Origin: an uncultured Enterobacteriaceae bacterium
GTDB lineage: Bacteria > Myxococcota_A > UBA9042
Length of the DNA: 64,000 bases
Assembly (NCBI GenBank): GCA_964356325.1
Contig: CAYHHL010000006.1
Location: forward strand, 6,536-70,535
Direction of reading: 5' to 3'
Shown piece after piece: positions 1 to 9,084 of the stretch. Numbering within the stretch: position 1 is the first letter of the stretch; each line of letters begins with the position of its first letter. The notes below the pieces were generated by a model. It saw only the letters and a program-made list of their open reading frames with translations, had not been told where the DNA came from and ran no database searches. A program made the translations under genes and the position numbers.

Positions 1-620
1 GGCCCGAGCGTCTTTTCACGGATGCGCAGCGCCCGTTCGTACAGCGGCTTGGCCGCGGCATGGTCGCCCATGGTCAGCAGCAGGTTGGCCAGGCTGTTCA
101 GCGATTGCAGCACATCGGGATGCTCAGGCCCTAGCGCCTTTTCCCGCACGTGCAGCACGCGCTCGTACACCGGTTTGGCTGCAGCGTAATCGCCTATTGA
201 AGAGATCAGGTCTGCGAGGGTGTTCAGCGATTGCGCTACATCGGGATGCTCGGGGCCGAGCGCTTTTTCGCGAATTCGCACCACCCGCTCGAACAGAGGC
301 TTGGCCGCGGCGGATTCGCCTGTAGCCCGGAGCAGTTCGGCCAGGTTGTTCAAGGCTGTCGCGACATCGAGATGCTCGGGGCCGAGCACCTTCTCGAAGA
401 GGCGCAACGCCTCACGCGCGTGAGCCAACGCCTCGCGGAACTTGCCCCGGGCGTAGAGCACGAGAACCTGTTGGTTCAGGGCCACCGCCCGCGCAAGCCA
501 CGGATCCTGCTCGGTGCTCGGCGATTGGGCGACGGCGTTCGGGCTGAGCGGCAGCAAGCAGCCAGGCATCGCGCAAGCCGCGAGAATCAAGCGTGCTAGC
601 AGTGTCTTGCGTCGCAACAT
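1..620 (-). CDS. TPR-repeat (kinesin-light-chain-type) lipoprotein; 3' end runs past the window start
   Basis: A reverse-strand ATG at 618-620 gives MLRRKTLLARLILAACAMPGC..., a signal peptide with a lipobox-like LAAC. This is followed by at least four tandem ~42-aa TPR units (xAAAKPLYERALRIREKALGPEHPDVxQSLNxLAxLL). No stop occurs before position 1, which is why the ORF track omits it. Confidence 0.75.
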   Translation of the reverse strand, partial: MLRRKTLLARLILAACAMPGCLLPLSPNAVAQSPSTEQDPWLARAVALNQQVLVLYARGKFREALAHAREALRLFEKVLGPEHLDVATALNNLAELLRATGESAAAKPLFERVVRIREKALGPEHPDVAQSLNTLADLISSIGDYAAAKPVYERVLHVREKALGPEHPDVLQSLNSLANLLLTMGDHAAAKPLYERALRIREKTLG

Positions 621-646
621 CGCTTCCCAGGCCGCGCTCGCCGAGG

Positions 647-1897
647 TCAACCGGCGCCGAACAGGCCTTTGAGCGACATACCCGGCACCAACTGGTCGTA
701 CTGCTCCAGCAGGGCGCGGAAACGGCCCGGCACCTCCTCCTGCAGTTTGGCGTCGATCTCCTTGCGCACGAAATCCAGCTTGATATCCGGGGCCTGCCCC
801 CCGACGGGATGACCGGTGGCCATGCCGAGCAGTTGCACGAGTCCGACCAGCCCGTCGGCCAGCCGCTCTGCGGACAGGTCGTAGTCGAAGGTGAAAGTGC
901 CACCGCGCGCGATGTTCACCGAGCGCATGTCGAGTTCCTTGAATTCCTTGAAGTTGCCCGAGACAGGCTTGACGCGGATGCCCTTGCCGCCCGCGCCCAA
1001 GCTCAGCGACTGGATGACGGGATGGGCCAACGCGCCCTGCGATTGCGCGGACAGCGACAAGGGCGTGCCCTGGTCGATGACCAACTCCATGCCGCTGTCG
1101 CCCAGCGGTACCCGAAATTCCTTCGGCAAATCGACGTTCAGGCCTGCCGACGCATCGCGCAGCTTGCCGGCCATGCCACCGGCGCCGCCAGCACCCGCGC
1201 CAGGTGCTTGCGCGAAGTCGAACATCCGCGTCATCTGGCTAATCGTTCCGGCCAGATCCAGGTCGGTACGCGGACTGTAGCCTGCGCGCTGCACGGCGGC
1301 CGGCAGCAAGGGTTTGAGCTTCTGATCCAGGACCTTGGCGATCTTCCACGAGCCCAGGCGGCCGAGCACGCCCAGCACGTCGAAATGCGCAGCGGCGGCG
1401 TCCGTGATGAAGCGACCCTCAGCAAAGCTCCACGTGATCGATTTCAAGCGGAAATCTGGGGCGTTGCGCACCTGGATCAGGATTCCGGGCTCCGCGGTCA
1501 GGTGAATGCCGCCGCCATCCAACCGCGCCGCCAGCCGCGACCCTGGATCGAAGTCCACTTGGATATCCGAGTCCTTGTAGGCCGTCGTGCCTTCGGTCAT
1601 GGTGGCCCCGACATTTGCCGAGCGCACGGACTGTTGCGCCATACCCATCGCTTCGCCGGGCGACTGCGGCAGGCCGGGGAGGGCGGCCGGCTGCACCGCT
1701 CGCTTGCCATCCGCGTAGTTTTTGCCGCGGAGATCGTCGTTGCTGGCAGGCGCACCGGGCGCTCCACCGGGGGGCCGTGCCGCAGCCGGCTTCCCTTGCG
1801 CTGCAGCGGGTTTGCCTTGCGTGGCACCGGCGGCGGGCCGCCCTGCGGGGGCTGGCGCTTGCGGCGGCTTGGCATCGGGACTTGGCGCTGCGGGCAT
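647..1897 (-). CDS. Hypothetical protein with a Pro/Ala-rich N-terminus; no recognisable domain
   Basis: A 416-aa ORF, co-directional with and 22 nt upstream of the TPR gene and 22 nt downstream of menH. It has a low-complexity Pro/Ala/Gly N-terminus followed by a mixed-composition, beta-rich sequence. The exact start is uncertain. Confidence 0.45.
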   Translation of the reverse strand: MPAAPSPDAKPPQAPAPAGRPAAGATQGKPAAAQGKPAAARPPGGAPGAPASNDDLRGKNYADGKRAVQPAALPGLPQSPGEAMGMAQQSVRSANVGATMTEGTTAYKDSDIQVDFDPGSRLAARLDGGGIHLTAEPGILIQVRNAPDFRLKSITWSFAEGRFITDAAAAHFDVLGVLGRLGSWKIAKVLDQKLKPLLPAAVQRAGYSPRTDLDLAGTISQMTRMFDFAQAPGAGAGGAGGMAGKLRDASAGLNVDLPKEFRVPLGDSGMELVIDQGTPLSLSAQSQGALAHPVIQSLSLGAGGKGIRVKPVSGNFKEFKELDMRSVNIARGGTFTFDYDLSAERLADGLVGLVQLLGMATGHPVGGQAPDIKLDFVRKEIDAKLQEEVPGRFRALLEQYDQLVPGMSLKGLFGAG

Positions 1898-1918
1898 GAG
1901 ACACCTCCGCCCGGCAAC

Positions 1919-2764
1919 CTAGCGCGCTGATCGACAGCCGGCAAGGCGAACGGCATTGCCTGGTGCCAGTAGACCCTCGCTGGTTGCGTTTGCCAAACAG
2001 AGTACTTCTGCAACCTCCACCATGGCCTCGTGCCAAAGTGCGTGCCCGCCCGGCAACACGACGCTTTGCCCCTGCGGTGCCACGCCGGCCGCGCGCTGCG
2101 CCAGGTCCAGGTAGCGGGCGTCGTGGGTGCCCGCGAGCCACCACGAGGGCATCGTCAGCTTCGCAAGCTGCGGCCACAGGTTGGCCTGCCGACCGAGCGA
2201 GAACCGGCGCACCGCCACGGCCAGCCGGGCTGGATCGCCCTGGCGCCGGCGGGCGAGCAACTCGGCGAAGTCTGGCCGCTGCGATAGCTTGGCGAACAGC
2301 GGCTGGTCATACCAACGCGCCAGGAACGGCGCCATACCGTCGCGTGCCAATCCGGACGCCAGGAGGTCGTCAGCCGCCGCGCGCGCTTGGCGTTCGGCAG
2401 GGTCCGACAGCCCGGGCGAGGCCGACGTGACGAGCAGTCCCCGGCACCGCGTCGGCGCCGCCAAGGCCGCGTGCAGAGCCAGCCGCCCGCCGAGAGAGTA
2501 GCCCGCAAGGACCGCATGGCCGATGCCGAGACTGTCCAAGGTTGCCCAGAGTTGCCGACCAGCGGCCGGCAGTCCGCCAGGGCCCACGTCGGGCGAATCG
2601 CCATGCCCGGGCAGGTCGACCAACACGCAATGCCACCGCGGGACGCACCGTGCCGCCAGCGCCTGGCCATCGCGGCGGTCACCCAGCCACCCGTGCAGCA
2701 AGACCAGCACCGGCGCGTCGCAGGGTCCGAGCACTGCGGTCGCGAGCGGCGTCAGGTCGGCCAC
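1919..2764 (-). CDS. menH: Alpha/beta-hydrolase, MenH-like (SHCHC synthase)
   Basis: VLVLLHGWLGD ... GYSLGGRLAL (GxSxG nucleophile elbow) ... C-terminal His. Its position immediately after menD in the men operon supports the MenH assignment. Confidence 0.7.
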   Translation of the reverse strand: MADLTPLATAVLGPCDAPVLVLLHGWLGDRRDGQALAARCVPRWHCVLVDLPGHGDSPDVGPGGLPAAGRQLWATLDSLGIGHAVLAGYSLGGRLALHAALAAPTRCRGLLVTSASPGLSDPAERQARAAADDLLASGLARDGMAPFLARWYDQPLFAKLSQRPDFAELLARRRQGDPARLAVAVRRFSLGRQANLWPQLAKLTMPSWWLAGTHDARYLDLAQRAAGVAPQGQSVVLPGGHALWHEAMVEVAEVLCLANATSEGLLAPGNAVRLAGCRSAR

Positions 2765-4500
2765 GTTGCCTCCAACGACTCGCGGATGCGCGCGTGCAAG
2801 GTGAGGTGCAGCGCGTGGTCGGCGCGACGGTCCGTGCGCACGTGCAGCAGGCGCGGCGACGGTGATCGCCAGGATTCGTGCAAGACTTCGAGTAGATGCG
2901 TGCCATCGACGGCCTGGTAGGACACGCCCCAGGCGGCGCAGGCGGCGGCGAAGTCCGTGCCGTGCGGGGCGGCATAGAAGCGCTCGAACACATCGGTTTG
3001 TGCCGCGATGTCGAGGAACTGGAAGATGCCGCCGCCGTCGTTGTCGACCAGCACGATCGTCACCGGTGCGCGGCTCCTGCCCAGCAACGCGAGCGAGCCG
3101 ACGTCATGCAAGCACGCCTGATCACCCAGCAACAGTGTGACCGGACGACTGGCACCGACAGCGCAGCCCGTGGCCGTGGCGATGAGGCCGTCGATGCCGC
3201 TGGCGCCGCGGTTGGCGACCACCGTGCGCGGGCCACCAGTGCCCGGCGTGAACATGTCCAGATCGCGAATCGCCATGCTACTGGCGCACATCAGCACCTG
3301 CTCGGTCGGCAACGAGCGTGCCAGCGTCCGGGCGGTGGCGATGTCGTTCGCGTTATCTTGGCTGGCCAGCAGTTCGTCGACCAGCGCTTCGAGGCGAACG
3401 GACGCCGCCTGCAGGCGCAGCACCCGTGCGGAACTCCCGACGGCTCGCTGCGGCAACGCCGAGACCAACTCCGGCAAGCCGCAGATCAAGCGCAAGGTCA
3501 CGGTGTGCAACGGATCGCGGCGCTCAGAGTCGGCGCGGACCACGACGTGCGCCTCGGGTCGCGTCGCCGCCAGCCACTGCCCCAATCGCTTCGACGTCAC
3601 CGCTCCGCCGACCTGGACGACCGTGTCAGGCGCCTCGGTCTGACGCAACGCCGCTGACAACAGGAGCATATCGAACATCGGCACGAGGCCCGGCACGCTG
3701 GGATCGCCGCGCAGGCCGCTCGTCACATCGGCCAGCACCGGCCAACCGAGCCAGCCAGCCAGCGTGCGCACCGCGGCCTGCTCGCTCGCGTCGCGCAGGC
3801 CACCGACGACCAGCAACCCCTGGCGCGCATTCGCGACCACCGCCGTCAGGTCGCGCATCGCCTCGGCATCCGGCTGCAGACTCGGGCGGTGGTAGCGCGT
3901 CCACGGCCGCCCGCTTGCCAGCCACGTCGCGAGGCTCGGATCGGCCACCTCGACCGGAACCGGCCCGAGCGGCTCGCGCAGCATCGCGTTGATGTGCACG
4001 GGGCCAGCCGGAGGGCCCAGGCTGCGATGCACCGCCTGATCCAGCGTCGAAAGCAGAAACGCCGGCGGAACGGCAACATCCGGGCAAGGCAGGTCGACGT
4101 GCCAGCGCACGTGGCCGCCGAAGAGATGCACTTGATCCAACGTCTGATTGGCGCCCGTGGCGCGCAGTTCCGGCGGTCGATCGGCGGACATCAGCAGCAA
4201 CGGCACGGCATCGGCCTCGGCCTCCAGCACGGCGGGAAAAGCGTGCGCCATCGCGGTGCCCGACGTGGTGACCAGGCAGGCCGGCCGTCCCGTCGCCCTG
4301 CCGATACCCAGGGCCAGGAAGGCCGCGCTGCGTTCGTCCGTCACCACGTGGGTTTGCAGGCCGGGGTGACGGGCCAGGGCGGCGACCAGGGGCGTCGAGC
4401 GCGATCCGGGCGCGATGCAGGCGTGGGCGACGCCCAACCGCGCGAGTTCCTCAGCAATCAGGCGGCCCCACAGGCTGTTGAGCGAAGCAGGGTGGGTCAT
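2752..4500 (-). CDS. menD: 2-succinyl-5-enolpyruvyl-6-hydroxy-3-cyclohexene-1-carboxylate synthase (MenD), ThDP-dependent
   Basis: The true start is MTHPASLNSLWGRLIAEELARLGV... (ATG at 4498-4500). The ThDP-enzyme N-terminal fold is present (CIAPGSRSTPL ... DERSAAFLALG ... TSGTA). The ATG overlaps the menF stop (ATGA). The track ORF 2752..4944 carries a spurious 148-aa N-terminal extension. Confidence 0.85.
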   Translation of the reverse strand: MTHPASLNSLWGRLIAEELARLGVAHACIAPGSRSTPLVAALARHPGLQTHVVTDERSAAFLALGIGRATGRPACLVTTSGTAMAHAFPAVLEAEADAVPLLLMSADRPPELRATGANQTLDQVHLFGGHVRWHVDLPCPDVAVPPAFLLSTLDQAVHRSLGPPAGPVHINAMLREPLGPVPVEVADPSLATWLASGRPWTRYHRPSLQPDAEAMRDLTAVVANARQGLLVVGGLRDASEQAAVRTLAGWLGWPVLADVTSGLRGDPSVPGLVPMFDMLLLSAALRQTEAPDTVVQVGGAVTSKRLGQWLAATRPEAHVVVRADSERRDPLHTVTLRLICGLPELVSALPQRAVGSSARVLRLQAASVRLEALVDELLASQDNANDIATARTLARSLPTEQVLMCASSMAIRDLDMFTPGTGGPRTVVANRGASGIDGLIATATGCAVGASRPVTLLLGDQACLHDVGSLALLGRSRAPVTIVLVDNDGGGIFQFLDIAAQTDVFERFYAAPHGTDFAAACAAWGVSYQAVDGTHLLEVLHESWRSPSPRLLHVRTDRRADHALHLTLHARIRESLEATWPT

Positions 4501-5864
4501 GCGGCCTCTTCGACGGCAGTGATCGGGGCGAGGTCGGCGCCCAGGGCTTGCAGCATGCTCGCCAGTTTGGCGTCGAGTTCTCGCCATTCCGCTGCTGGCC
4601 GCGATCCGGGCACGAAGCCGGCGCCGGTGAAGGCGTGTACCGAATCGTCGCGGACCAGCGCCGACCGGATGCCGACCGCGAACTCCGCGCCTTGACTGCC
4701 CAACCAACCGATCGGGGCCGCGTAGTAATGCCTCTCGAAAGGCTCGTGCTGCAAGAGGAAGTCGTGGGCCAACGCCCGTGGCAGTCCGCACACCGCCGGG
4801 GTCGGGTGGATGGCGGCCAACAGCAGGGCGGCGCGGGACTCTGCGTTTTCTTTCCGCAACCGGCCGTGGATGGGCGTGAACAGATGGTGGACGCGCGACA
4901 GCGTTACGGTGCCAGGCCGATCCGCCGCCGACACGGACTCGCAAGCGCTCGCCAGCGTGTCGACCACATGCCGCACCACCACCGAGTGCTCGAGCAGATC
5001 CTTGGGCGATTGCAGCAGCATGCGCCGGCAGCGGTCATCTTCCAGCGCATCGGCCAGCCGCGCCGTCGTGCCAGCCAGCGCTTCGGTGGCCACAGAGTCA
5101 CCTTTCAGGGCGAACAGGCGCTCTGGTGACGCTCCCACGAAGGCAGCGCCGTCCGGCAGCGGCAGGCAGAAGCGAAACGTCGCCGGATCCGCCGCGGCCA
5201 GGCGCGCCAGCAAGGTCAGCGGCGGCACCGGCGCTTCGAAGCGCAGATCCGTTCGGCGGGCCAGAACCACCTTCGTCAGCCGATGCGCGTGCAGCCCGGC
5301 CAGAGCACGTTCGCCCGTCGCCTGCCAGCCGCTCGCGTCCGGCACATGGCGGTGGCCAACCAGCCGCGGCCATTGCGGTTGCCGTTGCAAGGCGGCAGGC
5401 AGGACCAGACCGGGTTGCGACGCGTGCACGGCCAGCCAGGAGCCTGCGACATCCGTGCCGATTTCCAGTCGCGGCAGGGTGAACTGCCAGTCCGGCACGC
5501 CGCGCCAGGTGTCGTCGCCTGGCATACCGTCGGCAAAACCGAGACCTCCGTACCAACGCAGACGCGGCGGTCCGCCCGCGAGTTCGCGCATCAGCCCCGC
5601 GACACCCGCGATCGCCGTCGCCAGCGGCCCGGTTCGCTGCGCCGCCACACCGTGGCCGACGACCTGCAAACCGCCGTCGCGCGCCAACCAGGCAAACGGG
5701 TCGGTAACCGCTTGCGCCGCCAGCCAATCCAGCGACTGCCCCGTCGTCAGAGGCACTTCGACGCGCAACCAGCCGCCGTCCGCCCGCCGGTTGGCCAACG
5801 CCCGCGTCACGGCACGCAGCCCGGCGTCCACGTCGTGTTCTTCTGGCAGGCACAGCAGTTCCAT
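4497..5864 (-). CDS. menF: Isochorismate synthase (MenF)
   Basis: Chorismate-binding enzyme motifs are present (GASPERLF ... PTPAVCGLP ... ERHYYAAPIGWL ... FAVGIRSAL). It sits between ubiE and menD. Confidence 0.85.
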   Translation of the reverse strand: MELLCLPEEHDVDAGLRAVTRALANRRADGGWLRVEVPLTTGQSLDWLAAQAVTDPFAWLARDGGLQVVGHGVAAQRTGPLATAIAGVAGLMRELAGGPPRLRWYGGLGFADGMPGDDTWRGVPDWQFTLPRLEIGTDVAGSWLAVHASQPGLVLPAALQRQPQWPRLVGHRHVPDASGWQATGERALAGLHAHRLTKVVLARRTDLRFEAPVPPLTLLARLAAADPATFRFCLPLPDGAAFVGASPERLFALKGDSVATEALAGTTARLADALEDDRCRRMLLQSPKDLLEHSVVVRHVVDTLASACESVSAADRPGTVTLSRVHHLFTPIHGRLRKENAESRAALLLAAIHPTPAVCGLPRALAHDFLLQHEPFERHYYAAPIGWLGSQGAEFAVGIRSALVRDDSVHAFTGAGFVPGSRPAAEWRELDAKLASMLQALGADLAPITAVEEAA

Positions 5865-5867
5865 GCG

Positions 5868-6551
5868 CTACACCTCGCCGGCATACACGTGGCAGGCGCC
5901 CAGGGTCAGCGGTGTCACCGTCACGGACCGCAGCCCGGCGGCGCGCATCTGCTCGGCGAATTCTTCGGGGGGTGGAAACGCGGCGATGCTCTGCTGCAAG
6001 TATCGGTATTCACGTGCAGACGACAGCCACGCACCCAACCGCGGCACGACGTGGTGCACGTGCCAGCGTGCCGGCCCGGCTTGCGGTTCGCCCAGTTCCA
6101 GCACCGCCACCCGCCCGCCGGGTCGTGTCACGCGCACGAATTCCCGCAGCGCTGCCGTCCGGTCCGGCACGTTGCGGATGCCGAAAGCGATGCACGTCGC
6201 AGCGAACTGCCCGTCCGCATAGGGTAAAGCCTGGGCGTCGCCGGGGGAAAGCTGAATGCGATCCGCGAGATTCGCCGCGATGACCTTGCGTTGCCCCTCG
6301 GCCAGCATGCCCGGCGACGAGTCGACGCCGATGACTCGTACGCCCGGATGCCGACGTGCCAGGGCCAGCGCCACGTCGGCGGTACCCGTCGCGACGTCGA
6401 GCACCTGATCGCCCGGGACCAACGGACCGAGTGCCGCGATCAGCCGCCGCCGCCACAAGCCGTCGAGGCCGAAACTGAGCACGCGGTTGAGCAGGTCGTA
6501 GCGCGGGGCGATGGCGTCGAACATAGCGCCGCTGCCAGGGGATGCAGTCAT
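5868..6551 (-). CDS. ubiE: Demethylmenaquinone/ubiquinone C-methyltransferase (UbiE/MenG class I SAM MTase)
   Basis: FDAIAPRYDLLNRVLSFGLDGLWRR ... VLDVATGTADVA (SAM motif I) ... RPGGRVAVLE. The start overlaps the DAHP synthase stop. Confidence 0.85.
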   Translation of the reverse strand: MTASPGSGAMFDAIAPRYDLLNRVLSFGLDGLWRRRLIAALGPLVPGDQVLDVATGTADVALALARRHPGVRVIGVDSSPGMLAEGQRKVIAANLADRIQLSPGDAQALPYADGQFAATCIAFGIRNVPDRTAALREFVRVTRPGGRVAVLELGEPQAGPARWHVHHVVPRLGAWLSSAREYRYLQQSIAAFPPPEEFAEQMRAAGLRSVTVTPLTLGACHVYAGEV

Positions 6552-7597
6552 GGTGTCACCGTGAATGAGAGGCGAGCGGCGTGGCGCGACTCGGTGTGGA
6601 GATTCGCGCCCAGGTGCACGAGCGCGGCCAGCGATAGCGCCTGCGGGCCGTCACTGCGCGCCGAAGCTGGGTCCGGGTGGCATTCGATCAGCAGACCGTC
6701 CGCACCCGCCGCCAGAGCCGCGCGCGACAGCGGTTCGATCAGATCGCGCCGGCCGACCGCATGCGACGGATCGACCAGGACAGGCTGGCCATACACGTGC
6801 TTGAGCAACGCAACCGCGCCGAGATCCAGGGTATTGCGCGTCTCCGGGTCCACGCCGACGATGCCGCGTTCGCAAAACACCACGCCGGCCGCGCCCGCCA
6901 ATAGCAGGTACTCGGCGGCGGCGCGCCACTCGGCCAAAGTCGCCGCGCGGCCTCGTTTCAGCAACACAGGTCGGCCCGTGCGACCCACCGCCGACAACAG
7001 CGCGAAGTTCTGCATGTTGCGCGAGCCTACCTGCACCAGATCGGCCACTTCGGCGACAGCCTCGACGTTGTGCTCGCTCAGGGCCTCGGTGACCAGCGCC
7101 AGACCGTAGGCATCCGCCGCCTCCCGCAGCCAGGTCAGCGCGATTTGACCATGGCCGCAGAAAGCATAGGGACTCGTGCGAGGCTTGAATGCACCGCCGC
7201 GCAGCAGCCGACCACCTGCCCGGGCGACCGCGGCCGCCGTCGTGTGCACCTGGGCTTCGGACTCCGCGCAGCACGGACCTGCCGCCAGCACGACCGGCGC
7301 GTCCCCGCCGATGCTGAGGCCCGGCCCCACCGCCACTGCTCGCCGCGATTGCCGATCGAGAAGCGGATGTTCGCTCGGTGACTGGTGGACTTCGGCCACG
7401 CCCGGCAGCCGGCGCAGCGTCTCGGCGGTTTGCGGCAGGGAGTGCGGCTCGACGCTGAACGCCGTCGTGCGTCCGCCAGCATCGCTGTGGCCCTGCACCC
7501 ACAGACCCAGCGCCTGCAGGTTGGCCCGCAAGCGAGCGGGGTCGGCGTCCGCCGTGACGGTCAAGATCGTCGCCATGGCAACCTCCTCAATTCTCAC
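6548..7597 (-). CDS. 3-deoxy-7-phosphoheptulonate (DAHP) synthase, type I-beta with an N-terminal ferredoxin-like regulatory domain
   Basis: AAGPCCAESEAQ ... KPRTSPYAF ... VQVGSRNMQNFALL ... PVLLKRG ... VVFCERG matches the DAHPS/KDO8PS family. An N-terminal ~90-aa extra domain is present. Confidence 0.75.
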   Translation of the reverse strand: MRIEEVAMATILTVTADADPARLRANLQALGLWVQGHSDAGGRTTAFSVEPHSLPQTAETLRRLPGVAEVHQSPSEHPLLDRQSRRAVAVGPGLSIGGDAPVVLAAGPCCAESEAQVHTTAAAVARAGGRLLRGGAFKPRTSPYAFCGHGQIALTWLREAADAYGLALVTEALSEHNVEAVAEVADLVQVGSRNMQNFALLSAVGRTGRPVLLKRGRAATLAEWRAAAEYLLLAGAAGVVFCERGIVGVDPETRNTLDLGAVALLKHVYGQPVLVDPSHAVGRRDLIEPLSRAALAAGADGLLIECHPDPASARSDGPQALSLAALVHLGANLHTESRHAARLSFTVTP

Positions 7598-8639
7598 GAT
7601 CTATCACTGCGGCAACTACGGCGGCGAGCGCACTGCGCGCAGGGCCGGGGCTGAACTCTGCCAGCGCCGAGTTCGCCACCGCGGCACACTCCATGGCGCG
7701 TATTCGGGTCGCGGCGATGCAGCCGGTCGACACCAGCCTGACGCGCAGGTCGGCGAGCACGGCAGAGTCGGTCCATGCGCCTGGATCTGCTGCGGCGGCC
7801 TGCAGTTCGACCAGCAACGCCGGCTCTCGCTGCACGGCAATCAGCAAAGGCCAGGTCAGCTTGCCTTCGCGCAGATCGAGCAGCACGTCCTTGCCGGTGT
7901 GTGCCGGGTCTCCGGCCAGATCCAGCGCGTCATCGGTGAGTTGGAACGCTTGCCCCAGCGCCGAGCCAAAGCGGGCCGCCGCGCTCACCTCGGGCACCGT
8001 GCAACCCGCGGCCGTCGTGCCCGCCTGCATCGCCCATGCGAACAGTGACGAGGTCTTGGCCGCGACGATGCGGTCGTACAGCGCGGGATCCGGGTCGAAA
8101 CGCCCGCGCAGTTCGAGTTGCAGTGCCTCGCCCGCCACCATGTCGCCGATGACGCCGAGCAGCGCGGTCAGAAGCTGGGGCGGCCCGGCCCGATCGACGC
8201 GCCGCAACGCCTCGACCAGCAAGTGATCGCCGCCCAGGACGCTGGCGGAGTTGCCGTAGATCATGCGCGCGGTCGGCGCACCTCGACGCTCCTCGCCGGA
8301 GTCGATCACATCGTCGTGCAGCAGCGTCGCCGCATGCGCAAGTTCGCATGCCACCGCCAGATCGCGCACCTTTGGCGCCGGCCGTGGCCCCAACCGCGCC
8401 GCCAGCAGCACGCACAGGGGCCGAATGCGCTTGCCGGGCCGTTGCAGCAGCCACGCCGCCGAACGCTCGGCCAGGTCGTCCTGCCGCCCGCACACGCCGC
8501 CCAGCTCACGCTCCAGGTCGCTGAGATCGCGAGCTAACCAGTCGCGGATCGCGTCGAAGTGTTGCGCGAGCGGCTGCAGCCCTTCGCGCCGGGTGACACG
8601 CGAAAGCGGTTCCAGAGTGTTGACAACCGGATCGTTCAT
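7587..8639 (-). CDS. All-trans polyprenyl-diphosphate synthase (hepta/octaprenyl; menaquinone side chain)
   Basis: The first DDxxD motif is LLHDDVIDSGEERRG and the second is FQLTDDALD. The length is ~350 aa. Confidence 0.85.
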   Translation of the reverse strand: MNDPVVNTLEPLSRVTRREGLQPLAQHFDAIRDWLARDLSDLERELGGVCGRQDDLAERSAAWLLQRPGKRIRPLCVLLAARLGPRPAPKVRDLAVACELAHAATLLHDDVIDSGEERRGAPTARMIYGNSASVLGGDHLLVEALRRVDRAGPPQLLTALLGVIGDMVAGEALQLELRGRFDPDPALYDRIVAAKTSSLFAWAMQAGTTAAGCTVPEVSAAARFGSALGQAFQLTDDALDLAGDPAHTGKDVLLDLREGKLTWPLLIAVQREPALLVELQAAAADPGAWTDSAVLADLRVRLVSTGCIAATRIRAMECAAVANSALAEFSPGPARSALAAVVAAVIDREN

Positions 8640-8655
8640 CCTCTACCTCTCCACC

Positions 8656-9084
8656 ATGTTCACGCACGTCTTGACAGTCAGGTTCCAACACGTCGACCGG
8701 GCGGGCATCGCCTTCTTCGCGCGCGCATTCGAGTACAGCCACGAGGCCTTCGAGGAGGTCCTAGCCGCTGCCGGTGTGACCGACGTGTTCGACCGCGAGG
8801 GTTGGGGCATGCCCCTGGTCCACGCCGAGGCCGACTTTCGCGCGCCCATGCGTCTCGGCGACCGGCTGGCAGTGGCAGTCCGCGTCGCCAGCGTGGGCCA
8901 GCGGTCCATCACGTTCGTGTTCGAGATCCGTGGCTTGCAGGATAATGTGTTGCACGCCAAGGTGCGCCACGTCCACGCCTTCGTCGACCTGAAGACTTTC
9001 CTGCCGCGCGAGGTCCCGGACAGTCTGCGCCGCGGCCTGACCGGCCTGGGCCTGCTGGAGCCATTGCCGGACGCGGCCCCGTAG
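8656..9084 (+). CDS. Hotdog-fold acyl-CoA thioesterase (4HBT/YbgC-like; candidate 1,4-dihydroxy-2-naphthoyl-CoA hydrolase)
   Basis: MFTHVLTVRFQHVDRAGIAFFARAFEYSHEAFEE ... PLVHAEADFRAPMRLGDRLAVAVRV ... fits the 4HBT pattern. It is on the plus strand inside a minus-strand men operon and overlaps the menE 3' end in antisense. Confidence 0.65.
   Translation: MFTHVLTVRFQHVDRAGIAFFARAFEYSHEAFEEVLAAAGVTDVFDREGWGMPLVHAEADFRAPMRLGDRLAVAVRVASVGQRSITFVFEIRGLQDNVLHAKVRHVHAFVDLKTFLPREVPDSLRRGLTGLGLLEPLPDAAP

Noticed and set aside
593-1930. 445-aa plus-strand ORF, and the many similar long ORFs antisense to annotated genes (such as 2896-3657, 3889-4695, 4810-6222, 5283-6227, 6291-7109, 7176-8048, 9175-10170, 10424-11449, 10462-11829, 14162-15085, 14349-15578, 16452-17882, 22072-22845, 22724-23902, 23433-24905, 25159-27591, 28978-30102, 34071-35285, 35796-36707, 43004-44509, 45061-46053, 61356-62153, 62110-63465)
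   Set aside because: These are shadow ORFs typical of ~70% GC DNA. Their products are Arg/Ala/Pro/Gly-rich low complexity with no recognisable motifs. Each lies opposite a gene with strong family signatures.
2752-4944. Over-extended track ORFs (menD 730 aa; also 8761-11679, 11430-12674, 12374-13534, 23775-25196, 25171-27675, 28756-30984, 30759-32444, 36087-37700, 38024-39262, 57309-58544)
   Set aside because: The extensions are low-complexity and overlap the upstream gene's coding region. Conserved N-termini begin at internal ATG/GTG/TTG codons that form ATGA/GTGA overlaps with the upstream stop, several with Shine-Dalgarno support. Feature coordinates were trimmed accordingly.
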